Shown here one piece after another: positions 1 through 8,779 of a stretch of DNA of 35,034 nucleotides. A program made the translations under genes and the position numbers. The notes beneath the pieces were generated by a model. It did not search any database, was not told the origin of the DNA, and saw only the letters and a program-made list of their open reading frames with translations. This DNA is from a virus (taxonomy: Duplodnaviria > Caudoviricetes), in the IMG/VR virus record IMGVR_UViG_3300029822_000041, positions 1-35,034 of that record; one strand, given 5' to 3'. Each line of letters opens with the position of its first letter. Within the stretch, counting starts at the first letter, position 1.

Positions 1-48
1 GTCCCCTGTGTATCGGGGGAAAATCGATTTTCTGACCCGGGGGTATTT
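1..48 (-). other. probable cos-proximal packaging region / genome end
   Basis: Lies downstream of the HNH gene. Minus strand reads TACCCCCGGG...GAAAATCGATTTTC (perfect 14-bp palindrome, 19-32)...GGGGAC at the window end. An HNH-cos-terS arrangement is typical of cos phages. Confidence 0.6.
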
Positions 49-131
49 AATTGTTAGAAAAGTTAAGCTTGATCATCAATAGCGTAAACTTACCAAGCGC
101 TGTCTCGATTCTCTTCAGATCGTCGCTCTGG

Positions 132-410
132 TTACCACCTCTCCGGTGTAATACTGGCTTTTTTTATCACCTCTGGCTTTATGAGCTTCTCTGGATGTAG
201 TTTGTTATGACAAGCCTCGCAGACAGTTACTAGATTATTACTCTCTAGCGCTAGGTCCGGTCTGTTCTCTAGGTGTTTGATATGATGTACTATATTGCCC
301 TTGCTAAAGCCGCCTTCTCTCTTACACTCTTGACATTCATAGTTGTCTCGCTTGAGTATCTTTAGCCTCTTATTGCGCCATGCAGTAGTCTTGTAGAATT
401 TACGTGGCAC
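132..410 (-). CDS. terminase-associated HNH endonuclease (HK97 gp74-like)
   Basis: FY..AW..R..IL.RD..CQEC, VHHIKH and NLVTVCEACHNKLH motifs; last gene before the presumed cos. Confidence 0.9.
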   Translation of the reverse strand: MPRKFYKTTAWRNKRLKILKRDNYECQECKREGGFSKGNIVHHIKHLENRPDLALESNNLVTVCEACHNKLHPEKLIKPEVIKKASITPERW

Positions 411-578
411 CTATAGCACCCTTGTAATTATTAAATAATAATAAATAATGTCACACGCTAACCACACCATGATGGCTACTCTCTCTATTGGCTCTTGCTC
501 TTTGGCTGCATTAAATAATGAGTAAATGATCCCACCAACAAGCATAAGCCAACTCCAAAACTTAATAAACATCATCAT
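411..578 (-). CDS. small two-TM membrane protein (55 aa, not in ORF track)
   Basis: GAGGAGG RBS then MMMFIKFWSWLMLVGGIIYSLFNAAKEQEPIERVAIMVWLACDIIYYYLIITRVL; its stop abuts the HNH start. Confidence 0.65.
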   Translation of the reverse strand: MMMFIKFWSWLMLVGGIIYSLFNAAKEQEPIERVAIMVWLACDIIYYYLIITRVL

Positions 579-601
579 ATCTTATCCCTCCTCGCTGTAA
601 T

Positions 602-634
602 AAAAAAGCGCCCAGCTGTTAAGCTAGACGCTTT
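602..634 (-). terminator. Rho-independent terminator (possibly bidirectional)
   Basis: Minus strand AGCGTCTAGC-TTAACA-GCTGGGCGCT followed by a T-tract; A/T tracts on both sides. Confidence 0.65.
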
Positions 635-793
635 TGGTCTTTGTTTGTGTTTATTAGTCTGTGCCCTCCAGAGTATTTATATAATATAAGTGAGTGCGGG
701 GATTTGCACCCCCGCTCTTGTTAAATACCACCCAGCGGAGGGAACTGGGCGGAAAGGCATGTTTGCTACTTCATAGCTCGTTTACACTTCTCT

Positions 794-836
794 ATTATAA
801 CTATATCACAAAGTCAATGTGTACTTCTATGTACTT
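794..836 (-). promoter_or_regulatory. late promoter with activator-binding direct repeats
   Basis: AAGTACA repeated with 10-bp period (836-830, 826-820) at the 3' end of the RinA-like gene, then extended -10 TGaTATAGT (808-800) and TATAAT (799-794). Confidence 0.55.
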
Positions 837-1249
837 TCGTGTATTCTTTTCCCGAGAGTAAACAAAGCTCTATTATGGATGATATGAATCCATTTATAAG
901 AGAAGTTCATCTCAACTGCTATCTCCTCCCAACTCTTAAAATTAAGATAGCGCAAAGTAAGTAACAACTTGTAATCTCCATCCTCCAAATTGTTGATTGT
1001 GTCTGCTATTTCTCGCTTTAACTCTAGAAGCCTATCTATATCACTTAATAACCCGTCCTCCATGTCGGCAATCTTTGCTACCACCTCAGCTAATTTGTCT
1101 GGCACATTGGATCCGCCTGGCTCTGCTGATATTTGGCTAGTGATATTAGTTGCCATCTCTCGTAGTTTTTCAATTTGCTCGAACTTGGCATTTATAATGT
1201 CGTTCAATCGTCGCGCTTGGCGCAAGTAGTTTTTTACGTTCAAATGCAC
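827..1249 (-). CDS. RinA/ArpU-like (DUF1492) late transcriptional activator
   Basis: K.YL.Q...L, coiled coil, C-terminal sigma4-like HTH (LLTLRYL...SWEEIAVEMNFS...HNRAL); last early gene. Confidence 0.85.
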   Translation of the reverse strand: MHLNVKNYLRQARRLNDIINAKFEQIEKLREMATNITSQISAEPGGSNVPDKLAEVVAKIADMEDGLLSDIDRLLELKREIADTINNLEDGDYKLLLTLRYLNFKSWEEIAVEMNFSYKWIHIIHNRALFTLGKRIHEST

Positions 1250-1467
1250 ACCCCTTTTCTGACCTTGGTATTTTTAAGCTTGCAACCGCTCCGAACCATC
1301 TGAACATAATTAAGATAAGGTAGTCCAGCAATTTCGCAGAGATCCTCGCACCATGTAGAATTTAAAAACTTGCCGACTTCGCTTTTGTGTTTCTTTTTTT
1401 GATAATCCTTGGCTGCTTGCTTCAAAATGTCGATCGCTAGCCTTTGATATGATGAATCGTTCACCAC
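1240..1467 (-). CDS. hypothetical phage protein
   Basis: YQRLAIDILKQAAKDY...FLNSTWCEDL pattern common upstream of RinA-like genes; coupled to neighbours. Confidence 0.7.
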   Translation of the reverse strand: MVNDSSYQRLAIDILKQAAKDYQKKKHKSEVGKFLNSTWCEDLCEIAGLPYLNYVQMVRSGCKLKNTKVRKGVCI

Positions 1468-1791
1468 TTACCCCCACCTCTTTTGCTTGATCGCTCCGCG
1501 CTCTCTCTTGTAGCTATCAGCTTGCATTAGTTTGATATAATTAGCCATCTCTAATAATGTTGTCTCATCTAGCACGCAGCGCTTATCGATTAGCTTTTGC
1601 ATAAACTCGCAGCCTCCAACCTCGCCCTCTTTGGCCAAATCTACCCTGTCCACGCACTCGCGATAATGCCCGTAGTCAACTACATAAAACCTCTCGTGCT
1701 CCTCAACTACGATCCCACCCTTATATTTTGATCCTAACTCTAACCTCGGGAGCTCGTCTGCGAATAGTCCTGAATCTGGTACTTTTGCCAT
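1468..1791 (-). CDS. hypothetical protein, N-terminus paralogous to the C-terminus of the 238-aa neighbour
   Basis: RBS upstream; shares the pattern P.L..G..YK...G.VV...RFY..D.G.YRE.....DL. Confidence 0.7.
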   Translation of the reverse strand: MAKVPDSGLFADELPRLELGSKYKGGIVVEEHERFYVVDYGHYRECVDRVDLAKEGEVGGCEFMQKLIDKRCVLDETTLLEMANYIKLMQADSYKRERGAIKQKRWG

Positions 1792-1823
1792 ACCATTGCC
1801 GCCTTTCTCCCTCCTACATCAAC

Positions 1824-2540
1824 CTAAATTCCCCTCGCCTCCACGTTGCCAGTTAACAAGTCAATCTGGCTGATTGTCTCTCTGTAAGCTCCAAAATCAA
1901 ATAAGTAAAACCTGCCGCCAGGATAGTAGTCCACCACTTTGCCGCGCCTATCAGTTTTAAGTGCTCCAGCTCCTGGCATATCAGATCTGACTTTATATCT
2001 ACCGCCTATTTTTAGTTCTGGGAAAAAGTTTTCAACCGGAGCCACTTCCTCAAATACTTTAGTAGCTATTGCCTTTTTCATCATGTTTTCTACTTCTTCG
2101 CGTTCTTGCTGCTTTTTCTCTTTTTTAGTTTTAGGACCAAATGCAGATTCGCCATGCCTTTTAACTGCAGTTAATATCTTATCCTCCTGGTCCTCTGTGA
2201 GCAGTCCTTTTTTAGCTTTGCCAACCAAGTCGCGCTGTTTTCCGCGGATTGAACGGAATTTGCGATCTAGAAGCTTTTGCAGTACTTTTGGTGGTGCGTC
2301 AAAGTTATCAATCAGCACCTGCGTTTCCTCGTCCGTCCAAGATGAGCCTCTTGCTTTTTTGTTACACCGCACAAAGAGATCAAGCGCCTCATCCGGAGCG
2401 TGTCCTACGACAAAATCATTTATAAAATGAGATATAGTGGACGATGTAACACCGAATTTTTTAGCTATATCAACTCCCCTCATAGTCTTGTAGTTATCGA
2501 TAATAAACCGCGCCTCTTTTTTGCCTATTTTATCTGCCAA
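1824..2540 (-). CDS. putative DNA-binding protein (HTH plus Myb-like WTDEE repeat)
   Basis: DIAKKFGVTSSTISH HTH; SWTDEETQVL motif; GGAGGG RBS. Confidence 0.7.
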   Translation of the reverse strand: MADKIGKKEARFIIDNYKTMRGVDIAKKFGVTSSTISHFINDFVVGHAPDEALDLFVRCNKKARGSSWTDEETQVLIDNFDAPPKVLQKLLDRKFRSIRGKQRDLVGKAKKGLLTEDQEDKILTAVKRHGESAFGPKTKKEKKQQEREEVENMMKKAIATKVFEEVAPVENFFPELKIGGRYKVRSDMPGAGALKTDRRGKVVDYYPGGRFYLFDFGAYRETISQIDLLTGNVEARGI

Positions 2541-2581
2541 TCTTATCCCTCCAGGAGGGCAGGGATAACCTGCCCTAGTAA

Positions 2582-2980
2582 TTAAAACGGAAAATCATAA
2601 TCACCATCAGCTGGTGCACTTGCCGCAGGAGCCTCTGCCTGGCCCTGTCCTTGCCCCTGGCTCTTGTTTGTTGAGAGGAATTGGACGTTATCTGCCACTA
2701 CCTCTGTCACGTACCTTTTGGAGCCGTCCTGGGCTTCGTAGGAGCGCACCTGCATCCTGCCCTCTACTCCTGCCATACTGCCCTTAGAAAGATACTGGGC
2801 GCAGTTTTCGGCCGCCTTGCGCCAGACAACAACGGGGATAAAGTCTGTCTCTTTGTCTCCCTGCTGGTTTTTGAATGGCCTGTCCACCGCCAGGGTAAGA
2901 CTTGCCACTGCAATTCCGCTCTGCGTATATCGCAGCTCTGGATCTTTGGTCAACCTGCCGATTAATATAGCTCTGTTCAT
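2582..2980 (-). CDS. ssb: single-stranded DNA-binding protein
   Basis: [21 protein letters not shown]-fold start; acidic C-terminal tail DYDFPF. Confidence 0.97.
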   Translation of the reverse strand: MNRAILIGRLTKDPELRYTQSGIAVASLTLAVDRPFKNQQGDKETDFIPVVVWRKAAENCAQYLSKGSMAGVEGRMQVRSYEAQDGSKRYVTEVVADNVQFLSTNKSQGQGQGQAEAPAASAPADGDYDFPF

Positions 2981-3171
2981 TTTTTAAATCTCCCCTCCTG
3001 GACGCATTTTTTAATAGCCTGCTCTATAATGTAATCTCTGTCATCATCGTTGTATCGATAGTGCATCAGTTCGAGGGCTGCCTTGTATACCTCCAGATCA
3101 CTCTCTGCTATCTCAAGCTTGCGTTTAAGCTGGCCGTTAGTGTACCAATACGCACAACTAGCACAGTCCAT
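2977..3171 (-). CDS. hypothetical protein (CxxC)
   Basis: Likely start MDCASC after a GGAGG RBS; overlaps the ssb start. Confidence 0.6.
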   Translation of the reverse strand: MDCASCAYWYTNGQLKRKLEIAESDLEVYKAALELMHYRYNDDDRDYIIEQAIKKCVQEGRFKK

Positions 3172-3386
3172 TACGCGCTCCCCTCCTCCCATCCATCCTC
3201 ACCGCATTTTACTATTGCTTCGCCTAAAAATAAGTCGTCAAAAAGCAATTTTAAACTCCCTGTTGCTCTGCGCCGCATGGAAACAGAATACCTGCCATTA
3301 TCCTTGCGATCCACGCCAATCCGATTACCGTTCTTTGGCTCTTTTCTGGCTATGCCGTACCTTTCTACAGCTTCAGGTAGCTTCAT
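3171..3386 (-). CDS. hypothetical protein
   Basis: Co-oriented and tightly packed in the early operon. Confidence 0.6.
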   Translation of the reverse strand: MKLPEAVERYGIARKEPKNGNRIGVDRKDNGRYSVSMRRRATGSLKLLFDDLFLGEAIVKCGEDGWEEGSA

Positions 3387-3393
3387 TTTTTAT

Positions 3394-3630
3394 TCACCTT
3401 CCCAACTCCCATCTTCTCCTAGCGGTCGATTCCTTCCAGATTGCGAAGTTTTCTTTTGGCTTGCGGTTTCCTTCTTTATAATCATAAGGGCACCTATCAA
3501 TCTGGATTCTGTCGCCTGTAACCTCACACTCAAGGAGCGCATAGCGCCCTTTTTCATCGCTTCCATCTGAGAACCAACTGCTGTACTTGCACCCATCACA
3601 CTTCTCAAAAGTCATTTTGCATTTAGACAT
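3394..3630 (-). CDS. hypothetical Cys-rich protein (frame ambiguous with 3390-3608)
   Basis: ATG 2 bp after the rusA stop; CDGC...C...CP pattern. Confidence 0.5.
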   Translation of the reverse strand: MSKCKMTFEKCDGCKYSSWFSDGSDEKGRYALLECEVTGDRIQIDRCPYDYKEGNRKPKENFAIWKESTARRRWELGR

Positions 3631-3632
3631 TT

Positions 3633-4055
3633 TTATTCATCCTCCCAAATTTTAATTTCTACTCTCGGTCTATTAGAGTAATATTTACTAGTAAGGCACT
3701 CAACTATTTGCTTGTCGTCAAGATACGCAATCATATTCAACGCATCACTCACGATCTTGCCAACGTTATCCCAATCTGGCTTTTTGATCGGCCTGATCTT
3801 GCCATCCAGCATCATCTGCTTGCGCTTTTTACTGGTGCTTTTAGGGACTGAAAAGTATGCCTTGACTGTCATAAAAACTTGTCCCTCGAATGGTTTGTAC
3901 CCAAAGTATTTTTCGATGAATAATTGTTTGACCAACGTCTCATAGTTGACTGTCTTGGTTGGCGTGTACTGGTGCCCCTGCCTCGTTGCTCTTGCCCTTT
4001 GCTTGCCCATCGGCTCGCCTGGGATTGTCAATATCAACACGTTACATGTACTCAT
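3633..4055 (-). CDS. rusA: RusA family Holliday junction resolvase
   Basis: IPGEPMGKQRAR, KKPDWDNVGKIVSDALN, DDKQIV motifs. Confidence 0.95.
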   Translation of the reverse strand: MSTCNVLILTIPGEPMGKQRARATRQGHQYTPTKTVNYETLVKQLFIEKYFGYKPFEGQVFMTVKAYFSVPKSTSKKRKQMMLDGKIRPIKKPDWDNVGKIVSDALNMIAYLDDKQIVECLTSKYYSNRPRVEIKIWEDE

Positions 4056-4905
4056 CTTTATTTAACTCCTTCCACCTCCGCACTGCCTCTGGGTCGACTG
4101 GCTTGTATGCGCTGGCATTAGGGACTCCACCTCCTGGCACATCCTTGCCCATGGTTTGCTGGGGAGAAGGAGGCTGCCATGTGTCCCAACCCTTCCAACG
4201 CTCTGCCGGCCCTAGAAATGTTTTAGCCTGCAGGATATGTTCTGATTCAAGCCCTCTATGTTCACAGTAGCGCTTATAGCCCTGCGCCGCTTTGATTAAT
4301 TGCCCTGGCTCTATCCCCTCTTTCAATCTCGCGTTCCAGGGTTTATAGGCATCCTTCTTTGGATTGTTTAAGCGCTTAGGGTAACTGGACCAAAATTCCT
4401 CAAAATCAACCGTATATATTTCTTTCTTCTTGTCATTCTTATCATTCTTGTTAATATTGTTCCCCTGTCGTTCCCTTCGAGTTCCCTTCGCGTCCCCTTC
4501 GTCGTTACTTTCGTCGTTACCTTCGTAATTTTTAGGGGACTGGTAAAGCCCGTAATTTACAATGCTTACAAGCATCCCATGCGTTACCTTCGTCGTTACT
4601 ATCATAGGCCCCTTCGCGTCCCCTTCGGTGTCCCCTTCGTAAGGATTTCGTAGCCACTCTAAAATACCGTATATTTGTTTCTTTGTTGGCCGCTCTATTC
4701 GATACCCAATTTTATGAGACATAGCATCCTGGATCTGTGGGATTGATGTAAAAAGCTGCCCTTTCTTCAGGTTTCCGTAATCTTTATGTTGGGCGTTTAA
4801 AAGTAGCCATACCCACACCTTGAAAAATAAAGGTGGCTTTTCCATAATCCCGCTTGCCAGGACGCGCCTGCTTAGCAATATATACCCACCAGGGATTATG
4901 GGCAC
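4042..4905 (-). CDS. phage replication initiator protein
   Basis: N-terminal GYILLSRR...W.WLLLNAQH winged helix; NKNDKNDKK linker; FEEFWSSYPKR C-terminal domain; internal direct repeats. Confidence 0.85.
   Translation of the reverse strand: MPIIPGGYILLSRRVLASGIMEKPPLFFKVWVWLLLNAQHKDYGNLKKGQLFTSIPQIQDAMSHKIGYRIERPTKKQIYGILEWLRNPYEGDTEGDAKGPMIVTTKVTHGMLVSIVNYGLYQSPKNYEGNDESNDEGDAKGTRRERQGNNINKNDKNDKKKEIYTVDFEEFWSSYPKRLNNPKKDAYKPWNARLKEGIEPGQLIKAAQGYKRYCEHRGLESEHILQAKTFLGPAERWKGWDTWQPPSPQQTMGKDVPGGGVPNASAYKPVDPEAVRRWKELNKDEYM
4472..4640. repeat. iteron-like repeats (probable phage ori) inside the replication gene
   Basis: Two clusters (about 4472-4525 and 4581-4640) of TCCCCTTCG / GTTACCTTCG / TTCGTCGTTAC units at roughly 12-bp spacing, next to an AT-rich tract. 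Confidence 0.7.
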
Positions 4906-4936
4906 TTCTCATCACTCCTTGTAGTACCCTCTGCGC

Positions 4937-5122
4937 CTATTCTTTTCGATAATCGCAAATAAAGGCTCTATACAAAACATGCTCCAAGGAGCTACAACCC
5001 ATCTCATCGCAATTGTGCGATCCGTCCTCGCTAGGCATCCCGGTTATAATTATCTGTCCGCGGCCAACGTAAACGGCATTTAATCCTTCAATATCAAGCA
5101 TCTTGTATCCGTCCAACCTCAA
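4937..5122 (-). CDS. hypothetical protein
   Basis: Coupled to the LysM gene; HNCDEMGC motif. Confidence 0.6.
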   Translation of the reverse strand: MRLDGYKMLDIEGLNAVYVGRGQIIITGMPSEDGSHNCDEMGCSSLEHVLYRAFICDYRKE

Positions 5123-5424
5123 TCACCTCTTGCGCACTTAATGCTATCAAACACGGGGACTAGTATCTCCTGTCCTGGCCTCAAGTTCCCTGGGTCCTTA
5201 ATATCATTTATCTCCCTTATGTAATACACTAACTCCTGGATATTGCCATTAGGTTGCTCCCTCTGGGCTATCCTCCAGAGAGTATCTCCTTGCGAAACTA
5301 CCACAGTCTTTGTCTCAAAATGCTTTGCCGAACGTGCATAATTTGCATAAAAAAGACATACAATACTTAACAGGGAGAGTAGGGCCAAAATCACGATAAC
5401 AAGAAAAGCCTCATGCCTATTCAT
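5119..5424 (-). CDS. membrane-anchored LysM protein (YneA-like)
   Basis: N-terminal TM helix plus LysM domain (VVSQGDTLWRIA...IREINDI...LRPGQEILVP). Confidence 0.85.
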   Translation of the reverse strand: MNRHEAFLVIVILALLSLLSIVCLFYANYARSAKHFETKTVVVSQGDTLWRIAQREQPNGNIQELVYYIREINDIKDPGNLRPGQEILVPVFDSIKCARGD

Positions 5425-5572
5425 CTACTACTATCCCCCCTCCGCAGTTCGGGCAATATATAAAATGGTACATCAAAAGGTCACCGATGCTGGGCTCAAA
5501 ATCGCATCCCGCTTTCCAATTGTTGCGATTCTTGTCGTGTGCCCATTTGCAGGTTGTCTTACTCAACATCAT
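5417..5572 (-). CDS. small Cys-containing hypothetical protein
   Basis: Likely start MMLSKTTCKW after a GAGAGGGTGG RBS; YCPNCGG motif. Confidence 0.55.
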   Translation of the reverse strand: MMLSKTTCKWAHDKNRNNWKAGCDFEPSIGDLLMYHFIYCPNCGGGIVVDE

Positions 5573-5912
5573 CCACCCTCTCAAAATAAAATGTACCATC
5601 CCAAGGCTCCACATGGATAATGCCGTAGTCCTCCGCCACCTTGCAGATATATTGTTTTCGCACCCTCTCATGTAAAGTTTTGAGCATCATCCGAAATGAC
5701 TCTAGGCTATTAGCTCGCTTATAATGATTGCAACGTCGGCATGATGGATTAAGATTTTCGGCACGGTCAACTATTCCTTTTTCAGCGCCATGGTATATCC
5801 GCCTTGGCATTATGTGGTCTACCTGCATATCCTTGTACTCTATAGCCTTGCCACAGTAAGCACAATGCCCACCGTATTTGTTGTAAACTTCAAGCCTCTG
5901 CTTATTTATCAT
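5559..5912 (-). CDS. HNH endonuclease
   Basis: KYGGHCAYCG, MQVDHIMP, NLNPSCRRCNHYK. Confidence 0.92.
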   Translation of the reverse strand: MINKQRLEVYNKYGGHCAYCGKAIEYKDMQVDHIMPRRIYHGAEKGIVDRAENLNPSCRRCNHYKRANSLESFRMMLKTLHERVRKQYICKVAEDYGIIHVEPWDGTFYFERVDDVE

Positions 5913-5927
5913 TCCTCACCACACCCT

Positions 5928-6602
5928 TCACATCCACGTTTCATCTCGCACCTCCTTAAGAAGTTTTTCAACCAAATCATCAATCATTACAGCCACATTA
6001 TTTGCTGTATAAGTAGTTGTATTTTGCCTGTTGCGCTCGCAAAAAATGTCTAACACATCCTGCAATTCATCGATACCATCAAGCCTGTCATACGCATCTT
6101 CGCGCAACCCCTCGCAAGCATCTTCCAGGATATCTACAGCATCAAGCACCATCCAAACCTTGTCTGTTCCAACTAAATATTTCGGTGGCTCCCCGCCATC
6201 TGATATGTAATTTCCTATATGGTATTCTAGATCGTCGATACAAATAAACTCGTCCGAATGGTCGTCGTAAAGCTGATCAAACATATCTTTTGCTTGTTCT
6301 AGAGTGACCTTTTCTGCCTTTTCAAACCACCTTTTCCTTTCTATTTTTTCAAGCGCGTCTATGCATTCTTTTTTTCTACAGCGCCAGCGGCCTCTGTCAA
6401 GCATATCTCCGCAAATGGGGCAAGTTGCAAGTGTTCCGTCTACGCAATCAGGGCACCTGTCCAAATACTTATCGTTAAATAGCACTAGAGATACACCCTC
6501 GCAGGTTGGACAAATAGCTCTGCCCTCTGGAGCTTTATCATAACGTGGCGAAGCGGTTACCTTCAGGCCCTTGATTGATTTAATATTGCTAATCATTATC
6601 AT
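5928..6602 (-). CDS. hypothetical protein with Cys-rich (DnaJ-like CxxCxG) N-terminus
   Basis: CPTCEG, CPDCVDG, CPICG motifs; GGAGG RBS. Confidence 0.75.
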   Translation of the reverse strand: MIMISNIKSIKGLKVTASPRYDKAPEGRAICPTCEGVSLVLFNDKYLDRCPDCVDGTLATCPICGDMLDRGRWRCRKKECIDALEKIERKRWFEKAEKVTLEQAKDMFDQLYDDHSDEFICIDDLEYHIGNYISDGGEPPKYLVGTDKVWMVLDAVDILEDACEGLREDAYDRLDGIDELQDVLDIFCERNRQNTTTYTANNVAVMIDDLVEKLLKEVRDETWM

Positions 6603-6680
6603 CTCCCCCTCCGATTATCAAGGCCATCAAGACCACTCCTAGCGTGGCTCCAAAGATAGCGCCAAAAGTAAAGCTAAACA

Positions 6681-7487
6681 TCAGATCGCCTCCCCATCCG
6701 TAAAGGTTGCCTCACCCTCGATGATCGTCGCCTCTACGTTCAGCATGTCATCCGCGATCTCTGTTTTAACCGTCTCGTCTGCAGCGAGTTGGCTGGCAAA
6801 TTCGACGCTCTTTGGTGCATATTTAAGGAGCTGTTTTAACGTCGTTTTTTTGGCCATGCCGACAAAATCAGTCGTCCAGGGACTATGCTTGCCTTTAGTC
6901 GCGGATGGCGAGTACTTATCTCTATGCGCCTCTATCTGCTCGCGGCTCATTACCACAAACCCGCGCCCCCCGTTCTGCAGGCGGTAGACTGCATAGTAAT
7001 ATTCGGGTTCTCCCTCCGGTTTTCGCGCGGGCTTATGGACAAGTTTTTCTTCCAAGCCCAACTCATACTCAAATTTATCATTGCTATATACAGCATAGGC
7101 CGATATGCTCCGGTACTCGCCCGTCCTATAAGCCAGAGTAAGCATGCCTTGGTAACCCAGCTGGAATTGTACCTCGCTGCCGTAGGGGATTAAATACGCT
7201 TGTCCAAGCGGAGTATTGGGCTCTAGGCCCAACTGCGCACTCTGCATCATGGCGGCTACAAAGCTGTCTGGTGTACATTGCTGCAGCTTCGGGTTGGTCC
7301 TTACGGCCGTCATCGCTACCCTTGAAAATCGTTCCACCGACATCTGTCCCGGCAGCGCCCTTTTTATTTGCGGCTCCATCTGCTTAATCAGATCAAATAA
7401 TGTCCCTGCTTTTTTCGCCGGTGTCCCTGTCTTGCCGGCCAGCACATCTTTGACCTCGTTTGTGTTCGCTACTTTTGTCAATTTCAA
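6681..7487 (-). CDS. recT: RecT family single-strand annealing recombinase
   Basis: SAQLGLEPNTPLGQAYLIPY, FQLGYQGMLTLAYR, SPW..DF..MAKKT. Confidence 0.95.
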   Translation of the reverse strand: MKLTKVANTNEVKDVLAGKTGTPAKKAGTLFDLIKQMEPQIKRALPGQMSVERFSRVAMTAVRTNPKLQQCTPDSFVAAMMQSAQLGLEPNTPLGQAYLIPYGSEVQFQLGYQGMLTLAYRTGEYRSISAYAVYSNDKFEYELGLEEKLVHKPARKPEGEPEYYYAVYRLQNGGRGFVVMSREQIEAHRDKYSPSATKGKHSPWTTDFVGMAKKTTLKQLLKYAPKSVEFASQLAADETVKTEIADDMLNVEATIIEGEATFTDGEAI

Positions 7488-7501
7488 TCTCTCCTCTTTT
7501 T

Positions 7502-8434
7502 TTATTTTACGGAAAATCGCCTATACGAACTCTCTTTCGTGTATTCTAAATAAAGATCAGGTTCTTCCTCACGAAATCGCTTGGAATCAAACCTTGAACT
7601 TCTGACGTTCGCCCACGAAATAGTCCGCTCACCGACGAAGCCCTTGGTATTTTCTCCAAGCATTTCCTTGAGCTTGTTTTCAGCCTCGGCCTTGCGCTCC
7701 TCCCAAATCTTTACTTGCTCCGCGGCCTCATCTCTCTGCTCGATAATCTCCTCCGCATCGCTCGGCAGTTGGATCTCGTTGTCTTTGCCCTCTGGATACA
7801 ACTGCTTAATCAGCTCTGTACATGCGTTACTGCCATCTGGTGCCGGTGGCTCTTTGGTCAGGACCCTGGTCCAAAACTCTGCCTCGATATTGATCAGATG
7901 GCCGATCAGCTCCTCGTCGCGCTCGATCCGTTTGTGGATAAATTTATTACCGCCGATCAAGGCCGCTATGTATGCGTAGCCGTAACCGGTGACCGCCAGA
8001 TAATGCTGGACCTGGATAATGTACTCTTGCGGCACCTTGTCGTCGTCCCACTCCTTGGCCCTGTACGCGCTTGCAGTCTTGCACTCGAGGATGCCCATAC
8101 CCTCATTATTGGCGACTATGACCCTGTCGAGATTGGCGATCATAAACCGATACTCTGGATGTTGCAAGATTGCGTTTTTGCGCTGGACCTTGAGCCCGGT
8201 ACGCTTACTAAACTCTTGCGCCACAACGTCCTCCATCACAGTCCCCCAGTACGCTGCCTCTCCCGCCTCTTGCGGCTTGAGCTGGTTGGTCTTGTCCAGC
8301 CAGACTTCAAACGGCGACCTCCATTTATTAAGACCACAGATTGCTGCCGCGTCACTCCCACCAATACCAACCTTCCGCGCCTCAAGCCATTCGTCGCGCG
8401 TCATGTCCAGCGTTGTCGCTATTACCTCTGCCAT
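7502..8434 (-). CDS. yqaJ: YqaJ-like viral recombinase exonuclease
   Basis: WLEARKVGIGGSDAAAI, ANLDR, LECKT, QVQHYLAVTG; adjacent to recT. Confidence 0.95.
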   Translation of the reverse strand: MAEVIATTLDMTRDEWLEARKVGIGGSDAAAICGLNKWRSPFEVWLDKTNQLKPQEAGEAAYWGTVMEDVVAQEFSKRTGLKVQRKNAILQHPEYRFMIANLDRVIVANNEGMGILECKTASAYRAKEWDDDKVPQEYIIQVQHYLAVTGYGYAYIAALIGGNKFIHKRIERDEELIGHLINIEAEFWTRVLTKEPPAPDGSNACTELIKQLYPEGKDNEIQLPSDAEEIIEQRDEAAEQVKIWEERKAEAENKLKEMLGENTKGFVGERTISWANVRSSRFDSKRFREEEPDLYLEYTKESSYRRFSVK

Positions 8435-8779
8435 TTAACGCCCTCCTCCCCCGAAAAATACCTGTCCATACAGCTTGGCAAGGGCCTCCCGCGCGCCATT
8501 GGCCGTCAGATAATTGTGTTCTGCGGGTTCGCCGCTAAGATTTTTGATCGTGCCCTGGAAATCCATCTCGTTCAGAACCTTGTTCAAAAGTTCCTCCCTC
8601 TTTTTAGGGGACCTCGCGTAACTATTGACCACCGCGCGGGCCGCCCTGGTCGCCTCCAGTTCGACCTCCTGCTGCGCCCAAAGGTGGGCCAAGCAGTATT
8701 CCATAGAATTATTGTCAAACCGCGCCCCCGCCACCGTCTTGTCCGCCACAGAACATATGGCATCATCAAACCGCTTCAT
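8435..8779 (-). CDS. hypothetical protein
   Basis: Co-oriented; abuts yqaJ. Confidence 0.65.
   Translation of the reverse strand: MKRFDDAICSVADKTVAGARFDNNSMEYCLAHLWAQQEVELEATRAARAVVNSYARSPKKREELLNKVLNEMDFQGTIKNLSGEPAEHNYLTANGAREALAKLYGQVFFGGGGR

Noticed and set aside
690-718. tRNA gene suggested by the GGTGCAAATCC T-arm-like hairpin
   Set aside because: No acceptor stem, D arm or anticodon arm could be built; kept only as part of a possible leader RNA
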